Shown here one piece after another: positions 24,976 through 30,299 of a stretch of 30,299 bases of DNA (position 1 is the stretch's first letter; the number at the start of each line of letters is the position of its first letter). The stretch is from IMG/VR virus record IMGVR_UViG_3300014208_000104, positions 1 to 30,299 of that record. One strand, 5' to 3'. This stretch comes from a virus. Lineage: Duplodnaviria > Caudoviricetes. A program made the translations under genes and the position numbers. Under the pieces are notes generated by a model. That model did no database searches. It worked only from the letters and a program-made list of their open reading frames with translations, and was not told the DNA's origin.

Positions 24976-26603
24976 TGTCGCCAGAAGAAGCGGGGGTTGA
25001 ACAGCCCGATCCCATTATCGAGGAAGTTTTCTTTCCCGATCTCACAGAAATCGTACATCCTGGCCAGATTGCGGATGATGCTACTACCGTAACGACCCCC
25101 GATGCTCCTATCATAACTGCTCCACCTATCATCGAAAGGCCGTCCGCCGCGGACAAGATAGCTCCACTGTCTCCCGAACAATTGGCCGCAATGGCGCAGG
25201 CCGCCGCTGATGCGCGTTTCCGCGACAATTTGGGTTTGCAAAAAAGCGAGCCCAAGAAACCGAGGATTATCGGCGTTTCTGGGGCTCGCCTTGTCGAGAC
25301 CTCCCAAAAGTCCGATGACACGCTTTCGGCCAATGATGCGCTTGACGTGACGCTGGATACCACGACGCAGCCCGATCGCGCGCTCGTGACGATCCAAAAC
25401 AATCGCGGGTATGATGTCTACATGACGGGTCTGTCCATTTATGGGAAGCGCATTATGCGCTATGACAAAGCCCTCGTATCGGACAAGCTCAAGCGCGATG
25501 ATGATATTCGACGCAACGGCGAAAAGGTTAAGACCATATCGAATGATTACATCATAACTGCCGCGCAGGTCGATAAACTCGCCGACTATTGGTACAAATA
25601 CACGCAGACACCTAAACACATTTATGCAATCTCGATAAAAGGCATTGCGCCATGGTACGAAACGGGCGAATGGTATCGGCTGCAACTCGGGACAGCGGAC
25701 ACAAACGAATATATCGACGTCACTGCCGAATGCTATGATGTGCAATGCGAAAAGCGCGCGGGTACCATCGGCCACACCATAGCAATGTTTCGCGAGGTCG
25801 TCGAGGGCTGGACGAAGACGACGCTTTATGCGGCACGTGCGCAGGGCGGAGGCGCTCCGGGACGCCGGACTCGGCGGAGCAACAATGTCGTGGTCGCGGC
25901 CTATGGCTACCACGGCACGGCGGACTACTACTGCGACGGCACGGCTGACGATGTTCAGATTAATGCTGCCATTGATTATGTTGCTCAGACGTGGGGCGGT
26001 GGGCGCGTCGAACTGACCCAAGGTACTTATTTACTAGCAGCCAAGATCGAGGTAAAAGCAAACATAACATTAGCGGGCGGTGGCAGCAGGACGATTATAA
26101 CATTCGGCGAATACGATGAAGCCGGGTCCAGTTATTGTATATACATAAATGCTGCCGGTGTAGAATTGCGCGATTTTATTATTGACGGCAGTGATACCAA
26201 TAGAAACATAAATACAGTGATAGGTGTATTTATGTATACCAGCGCAGATGCGAATATAAGAAACGTTAGCGCAACGAGAATAAAAAATCAGTTTGCAGGT
26301 GTTACGGTTGGGTTTTTCGGGTATTCGATTAACGGAATATTAACAAACTGTAGTGCTACCTTGATTTCTACCTCCGCCGCCGGGATAGCTGCGGGATTCT
26401 CTGGCGCTAAGCGGGTTACGGATTGCGTTGCAGATAGCGTCACCGCAACAGGGGGAGGGTCGGGGTATGGATTTAGGGCATGTAAATCGTGTCTTGGTAA
26501 CAAGAGTACAAACAATACGACTGCGGCTTATTATGTATCATATGCCGATGCCGGAACCACGAATGCCTGCGCAGATACCGCAGCGGGCGGCTATAATTCA
26601 TGA
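24975..26603 (+). CDS. Tail spike/receptor-binding protein with pectin-lyase-like beta-helix
   Basis: ADYYCDGTADDVQINAAI...GGGRVELTQGTY...NITLAGGG; AT-richer C-terminus. Confidence 0.75.
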   Translation: MSPEEAGVEQPDPIIEEVFFPDLTEIVHPGQIADDATTVTTPDAPIITAPPIIERPSAADKIAPLSPEQLAAMAQAAADARFRDNLGLQKSEPKKPRIIGVSGARLVETSQKSDDTLSANDALDVTLDTTTQPDRALVTIQNNRGYDVYMTGLSIYGKRIMRYDKALVSDKLKRDDDIRRNGEKVKTISNDYIITAAQVDKLADYWYKYTQTPKHIYAISIKGIAPWYETGEWYRLQLGTADTNEYIDVTAECYDVQCEKRAGTIGHTIAMFREVVEGWTKTTLYAARAQGGGAPGRRTRRSNNVVVAAYGYHGTADYYCDGTADDVQINAAIDYVAQTWGGGRVELTQGTYLLAAKIEVKANITLAGGGSRTIITFGEYDEAGSSYCIYINAAGVELRDFIIDGSDTNRNINTVIGVFMYTSADANIRNVSATRIKNQFAGVTVGFFGYSINGILTNCSATLISTSAAGIAAGFSGAKRVTDCVADSVTATGGGSGYGFRACKSCLGNKSTNNTTAAYYVSYADAGTTNACADTAAGGYNS

Positions 26604-26622
26604 TGCAGATTCCGAAATCTTA

Positions 26623-26631
26623 TGATATATT
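26623..26631 (+). promoter_or_regulatory. Extended -10 box (probable leaderless transcript)
   Basis: TGaTATATT 6 nt upstream of ATG 26638; no SD. Confidence 0.45.
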
Positions 26632-26637
26632 TGACGC

Positions 26638-27099
26638 ATGGGCAAACTCATGGGCCGAGTAATTATCACATGCGTGTTTTTTTGCGTCCTTACCTCTTGT
26701 TCACCATTCGCAATTAATACCATGGGATATGTCGCTGGGAAGGAAAGCTTAGATGAGGCATGGATAGTCGTTTCCTCATTTCGTTTTCATGCCGAGCCAG
26801 CAGGAGAAGATTACTGGAAAAGCCCCGCAGAACTTGAGGCCGATGGTGAAGGCGATTGCGAAGACCTTGCTGTCTATATGGTATATTTGCTTGGTCCAGA
26901 AGCCTTGATGATTGGCATCCACGAACCGGGAATAGATCATGCGATTGTAAAATATAAAGGGAAATACCTTGACCCTCAAAGATTGGGATTTTATTATAAC
27001 CCCGCCGAGATCGAAATACTTATTGAATACGATTACTGGCGGCTTATGTCGCGCGTTACCCGTTTTGGCACCAAGTCTATAAGATACGAGGTTAAGTGA
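26638..27099 (+). CDS. Transglutaminase-like cysteine peptidase (BTLCP/C93-like) lipoprotein
   Basis: Signal peptide ending VLTSC; DYWKSPAE...GDCEDLA, DHAI, YLDP give a Cys-His-Asp triad. Confidence 0.8.
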   Translation: MGKLMGRVIITCVFFCVLTSCSPFAINTMGYVAGKESLDEAWIVVSSFRFHAEPAGEDYWKSPAELEADGEGDCEDLAVYMVYLLGPEALMIGIHEPGIDHAIVKYKGKYLDPQRLGFYYNPAEIEILIEYDYWRLMSRVTRFGTKSIRYEVK

Positions 27100-27332
27100 T
27101 GGAAGACGCAGACGATAAGGCCATGCTTGCCCGAATCGACGAACGAACGCAAGCGATCATGCAGCGCCTCGACGGTCTGGCCTCGTGCGAGCGCGTGGAT
27201 GCTCTCGAAGGGCGCATCGATAGGCATGTGGAGACGCACGACAAGAAAGGCGGGGTCATCGCGACGTGGGTGGGCATAGCCGTTGCAGCGGTGCTCGGGC
27301 TGGCGGGAATCGTTAAGGGGAGCACGCCGTGA
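27099..27332 (+). CDS. Small membrane protein of the lysis cassette (XhlA/holin-like)
   Basis: LARIDERT coiled coil plus single C-terminal TM segment; precedes endolysin. Confidence 0.65.
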   Translation: MEDADDKAMLARIDERTQAIMQRLDGLASCERVDALEGRIDRHVETHDKKGGVIATWVGIAVAAVLGLAGIVKGSTP

Positions 27333-27808
27333 ATAAAAGTCTTGATGCGCTACTCATTGGCCCGGCCGCAGCTGCCCGCTCCGCGCTTGCCGAACTGGCC
27401 GCCGCATGCGTCGATTGCGCTGTCACCTCGACGCGCCGAACCGCTGACGAACAATACGCGCTTTGGTGCCAAGGCCGCAAGCCGATAGGCGTCGTCAATG
27501 CCGCGCGAGCTATCGCGATGCTGGCACCCATTGGCGCGGCAGAAAATGGCTATACTGTCACCAATGCCGATGGTCGGAAGCAGTCCGAGGGTGGCACGGG
27601 TCGAAGCGCGCACCAGGTAGGGACCGCCCTAGACGTGGTGCCTGCCGAGAACGGCCGCCCTGTGTGGCCAGAAGGATCGGACCCGCGCTGGACAAAGATC
27701 GCAGCGGCGTTCAAGCGGCATGGTTTCGAGTGGGGCGGGGATTGGACGATGGCGCACGACGGAATCGCCCCAGATTATCCACATTATCAGTTTTCAGAGA
27801 GTGTCTAA
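27329..27808 (+). CDS. Endolysin, M15 family peptidase (CwlK-like)
   Basis: RTADEQYALWCQGR, VTNA, SAH-x6-D, FEWGGDW, DYPH. Confidence 0.9.
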   Translation: MNKSLDALLIGPAAAARSALAELAAACVDCAVTSTRRTADEQYALWCQGRKPIGVVNAARAIAMLAPIGAAENGYTVTNADGRKQSEGGTGRSAHQVGTALDVVPAENGRPVWPEGSDPRWTKIAAAFKRHGFEWGGDWTMAHDGIAPDYPHYQFSESV

Positions 27809-27820
27809 TTAGGAGATAAT

Positions 27821-28249
27821 ATGCCAGCCGTAAACATAGATACCAAGGGCCTCGGCGAGGCCGTCGCGGGCGTGGGCAAAGCTGCTCTGGACATTCGCGC
27901 CGCCATCACGGGGCAGGCCGTCCTTGATCCTACCAAGCAGGCCGATCTTGAAATGAAACTCGCCGAAGTAGACGCGCAGGTTATGGCGGCTCAGGCTGCC
28001 GTGGATGCAGCCGAAGTGGCGCGGGGTGGCTTCGCGGGAAACTGGCGGCCCGCTCTCGGCTGGACCTGCGCCGCCGCCTTCGCCTACCAGTACGTCATCG
28101 CCCCGCTCGGGACGTGGGGGCTGTCGCTCCTCGGCGTGGCAGTCGCGGCCCCGCGCCTCGATCTGTCGGAGCTAACGCCGCTCGTCCTCGGGATGCTCGG
28201 GCTTGTGGGAGCGCGGAGCTACGAAAAAGCCAAGGGCGTAGCACGTTGA
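27821..28249 (+). CDS. Holin (GTA 3TM-like)
   Basis: NWRPALGW...LVLGMLGLVGARSYEK. Confidence 0.85.
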   Translation: MPAVNIDTKGLGEAVAGVGKAALDIRAAITGQAVLDPTKQADLEMKLAEVDAQVMAAQAAVDAAEVARGGFAGNWRPALGWTCAAAFAYQYVIAPLGTWGLSLLGVAVAAPRLDLSELTPLVLGMLGLVGARSYEKAKGVAR

Positions 28250-28300
28250 CGGCGGGAGGGGCCGGGATCGCCCTCCGCGAGCCGGGGCGCTCTCCCCGGT

Positions 28301-28528
28301 TTACTCGGGCTTGCTCTTGGGCCGCCCGCGCGGCTTCGATCCCGGCTTGACCGGCGCGGCCCCATTGACCACGCTCGCCGCGCGCTTGGCGTCGGTTTTG
28401 GCCGCGCCGCCCCTGCGCCCGAGTGCTACCGCCGCGATGTTGCGGCCCTGACAGTCCATGCCGTAGCTCGATAGGGCGCACATCGGGCAATTGCCATCCA
28501 TCTGTGTGCAATACGCGGGCTTGTCCAT
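28301..28528 (-). CDS. Small basic DNA-binding-like protein with Cys cluster
   Basis: SD GAGGAGG; CTQ-x4-CPMC-x8-C; AAVALGRRGGAAKTDAKRAAS...PRGRP. Confidence 0.75.
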   Translation of the reverse strand: MDKPAYCTQMDGNCPMCALSSYGMDCQGRNIAAVALGRRGGAAKTDAKRAASVVNGAAPVKPGSKPRGRPKSKPE

Positions 28529-28538
28529 CTCCCCCTCC

Positions 28539-28838
28539 TCAAAACTCATCTATTCCCGTCTCGATGTTGTAGTAGCTTGAGTCTATGTAACGGGCCTCGA
28601 GGAGCGCTTCCCCTTCGAGGTATTCCGGGTCGGGGCTGACATCAAACTCTATTTCTAAGCCAAGTTCGCGGGCCGCCGCGAGGGTGTGGTGCTTGTCGGC
28701 TACCATCGCGTACTCGACGCCGTTGATGATCCCAACGTAAGAGCAGGGGATGGATACGGATTCGACATCCTCAAGCTCTGCCTTTTTGGTCTCGACGGTC
28801 TCGGGGTCCAAGTAGCGCTGGCTGCTTATGTACCGCAT
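28539..28838 (-). CDS. Minimal ParB-like domain protein
   Basis: SD GAGGAG; ISSQRYLD...VADKHHTLAAARELG (DGHH-like motif). Confidence 0.7.
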   Translation of the reverse strand: MRYISSQRYLDPETVETKKAELEDVESVSIPCSYVGIINGVEYAMVADKHHTLAAARELGLEIEFDVSPDPEYLEGEALLEARYIDSSYYNIETGIDEF

Positions 28839-28866
28839 ATCCGCTCCTCAATCTCTTGATGCTATC

Positions 28867-28895
28867 ACTATATCCCAAGCGCTTGGGGTTGTCAA
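28867..28895 (-). promoter_or_regulatory. Leftward sigma70 promoter with palindromic operator in the spacer
   Basis: TTGACA, 17 nt, TATAGT on the minus strand; CCCAAGCGCTTGGG at 28874-28887. Confidence 0.8.
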
Positions 28896-29047
28896 AGAAA
28901 ATCGATGGATTTCTGTACGATTTTTCCGCCCCGGTTTTCGCCCTCTTGGCACGGAACCTACAGATTCACACAATGGTATACTTTAATATACTATTGTTAT
29001 ACAAATAGATACACCACAACAATCTTTAGAAATCGGCGTGAAATCGC

Positions 29048-29075
29048 TTGACATTACTATAGACCGGGGTATTAT
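29048..29075 (+). promoter_or_regulatory. Rightward sigma70 promoter (leaderless transcript)
   Basis: TTGACA, 16 nt, TATTAT; ATG 7 nt downstream; no SD. Confidence 0.7.
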
Positions 29076-29082
29076 TAAGCCC

Positions 29083-29283
29083 ATGATGACGCTACCGAAA
29101 AAATACCGGGTCAGGCCCTGCGGGGCGAAGGGGCTTCAGGTATCACTCCCCGCCGAATGGATAAAGGCCGAAAGCATAGAGGATCGGGACATGCTCCGCG
29201 CCTTTCGCGACGACGAGGGGCGGCTGATATTTGAGCCGATCCGGCGCGAGCGCGTGGAATACGCCGAAGGAGGAGACGAATGA
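29083..29283 (+). CDS. AbrB/MazE/SpoVT-like DNA-binding protein
   Basis: GLQVSLPAEWIKAESIEDRDML...DEGRLIFEP. Confidence 0.75.
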   Translation: MMTLPKKYRVRPCGAKGLQVSLPAEWIKAESIEDRDMLRAFRDDEGRLIFEPIRRERVEYAEGGDE

Positions 29284-29804
29284 ATGATCAGATTGCGGGA
29301 CTGACCCTGCATTTCGTATCGGTGGCGTCGGGGCTGGGCAAAGCCACGATCAAGACGATCCAGTCTCGACACCCCGAATTGCAGACATTGCCCTATTCGA
29401 CGAGGGCCGGGGGCGCGCGCATCTACTTCCAGCCCTTCATCGATTGGCTCGCCAAGTACGAGGGCAAGGAAGCCGCCGACAAGCTGAGAGATTCGAAAGT
29501 TGCAAAAGATTCAGATCGTGCAACTTTTGAAACTTTCCGGCCTCGCCTCTCCGGTGCCCTTCTCCGCGAGCTACGCCTGTCCGTCAAGGCTGGCATCCTG
29601 CAAGCCCCTGACCCCCGCCGCATCCTCGGGCTCGACGACTCTCCCGCCAACCTCCTCCCCTTCCCCATGGATAGTGCCATGGCCGACGCCCGCGAAACCC
29701 TGGGCGACAAGGGCCTGCGTCAGATCATCGCGGCAGCCTCCCGCATCGCCAAGGAGGCCCACGACCGGAAAGACGCGGACCGCAAGCAAGTGAGGCTGTT
29801 TTGA
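29280..29804 (+). CDS. Hypothetical early protein, possible N-terminal HTH
   Basis: SD AGGAGG; ATGA coupling; VSVASGLGKATIKTI. Confidence 0.65.
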   Translation: MNDQIAGLTLHFVSVASGLGKATIKTIQSRHPELQTLPYSTRAGGARIYFQPFIDWLAKYEGKEAADKLRDSKVAKDSDRATFETFRPRLSGALLRELRLSVKAGILQAPDPRRILGLDDSPANLLPFPMDSAMADARETLGDKGLRQIIAAASRIAKEAHDRKDADRKQVRLF

Positions 29805-30299
29805 ACCGAAAAGATGCCGCGATACTCCGCTCGCTCTATCCCTGCGACGAGGCCGAGAAATGGGCAAAGACCCAGCCATCCCTCGCCGAAGCATGGGCCA
29901 ACTGCAAGCGCTCCGACTGGATGATGTGGGCGCTCAATAAAATCGATTTCAAGGATGACAAAAAACTTCGCCTTTATGCCTGTGCCTGCGTGCGGGGCAC
30001 CCCGCTTGCCGATGGTCGGACATTGTGGAATTTGCTGACAGACGAGCGGAGCCGCAACGCGGTGGTGGTTGCCGAGCGTTTTTCGAATGGCGAAGCAACT
30101 GAACAAGAGCGGGCCGCCGCACGGGCCGCCGCACGGGACGCCGCACGGGCCGCCGCATGGGCCGCCGCATGGGCCGCCGCATGGGACGCCGCACGGGGCG
30201 CCGCGCGGGCCGCCGCACGGGACGCCGCATGGGACGCCGCACGGGCCGCCGCAGGGGCCGCCGCAGGGGCCGCCGCACGGGACGCCGCACGGGCCGCCG
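29801..30299 (+). CDS. Ala-rich repeat protein (Imm5-like fold with AAAR/AAAW repeats), 3' partial
   Basis: TTG start overlapping previous stop; PCDEA...DWMMW...KLRLYACAC...DERSRNAVVVAERF, then (R/W/G)(A/D/G)AA repeats; absent from the ORF track because there is no stop in the window. Confidence 0.75.
   Translation, partial: MNRKDAAILRSLYPCDEAEKWAKTQPSLAEAWANCKRSDWMMWALNKIDFKDDKKLRLYACACVRGTPLADGRTLWNLLTDERSRNAVVVAERFSNGEATEQERAAARAAARDAARAAAWAAAWAAAWDAARGAARAAARDAAWDAARAAAGAAAGAAARDAARAA
30110..30299 (+). repeat. 12-bp coding tandem repeat, about 16 units, runs off the window
   Basis: Unit (C/T/G)GGG(C/A/G)CGCCGCA. Confidence 0.9.

Noticed and set aside
24783-26021. 412-aa minus-strand ORF
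   Set aside because: Shadow of tail genes; no motifs
26000-26603. Diversity-generating retroelement target in the spike C-terminus
   Set aside because: No reverse transcriptase or template-repeat copy seen in the window
27775-27783. Perfect DnaA box TTATCCACA
   Set aside because: Single copy inside the conserved DYPH codons of the endolysin; one 9-mer in 30 kb is compatible with chance
28250-28300. Intrinsic terminator after the holin
   Set aside because: A GC-rich imperfect hairpin is present but there is no U-tract on either strand
30110-30299. CRISPR array, or the minus-strand RRPV-repeat ORF 29949-30290
   Set aside because: No spacers; it is an in-frame coding tandem repeat of the plus-strand gene
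1-30299. Stop-codon reassignment
   Set aside because: Core genes are intact in the standard code and all three stop codons terminate genes, often with coupled starts

Overview
A near-complete late region of a tailed, siphovirus-like phage or prophage, almost all on the + strand. Order: end of an early gene run (1-1810); a sigma70 promoter carrying a canonical parS palindrome, driving a ParB-N-domain gene and an ABC-ATPase/Mom-like GNAT fusion, with a convergent ASCH gene; TerS and a TerL interrupted by an Ala1 class 3 intein with a LAGLIDADG endonuclease; SPP1-like portal, minor head (F) protein, scaffold, major capsid and head accessory proteins, interspersed with small inserted ORFs; head-tail connectors; a Maf/sialyltransferase-like gene; tail tube; a tRNA-like mini-element; tail chaperones with a -1 frameshift; a short tape measure; tail and spike proteins; a BTLCP lipoprotein; lysis genes; and a divergent control region (second ParB-like gene, small basic protein, AbrB-like gene) leading into early genes. 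The strongest unexplained signals are the parS site with HTH-less ParB domains at the packaging/modification operon, the acceptor-stem plus T-arm element in the tail mRNA, and the candidate virion glycosyltransferase. All family calls come from motif recognition by eye, not database searches. The host is not determined.
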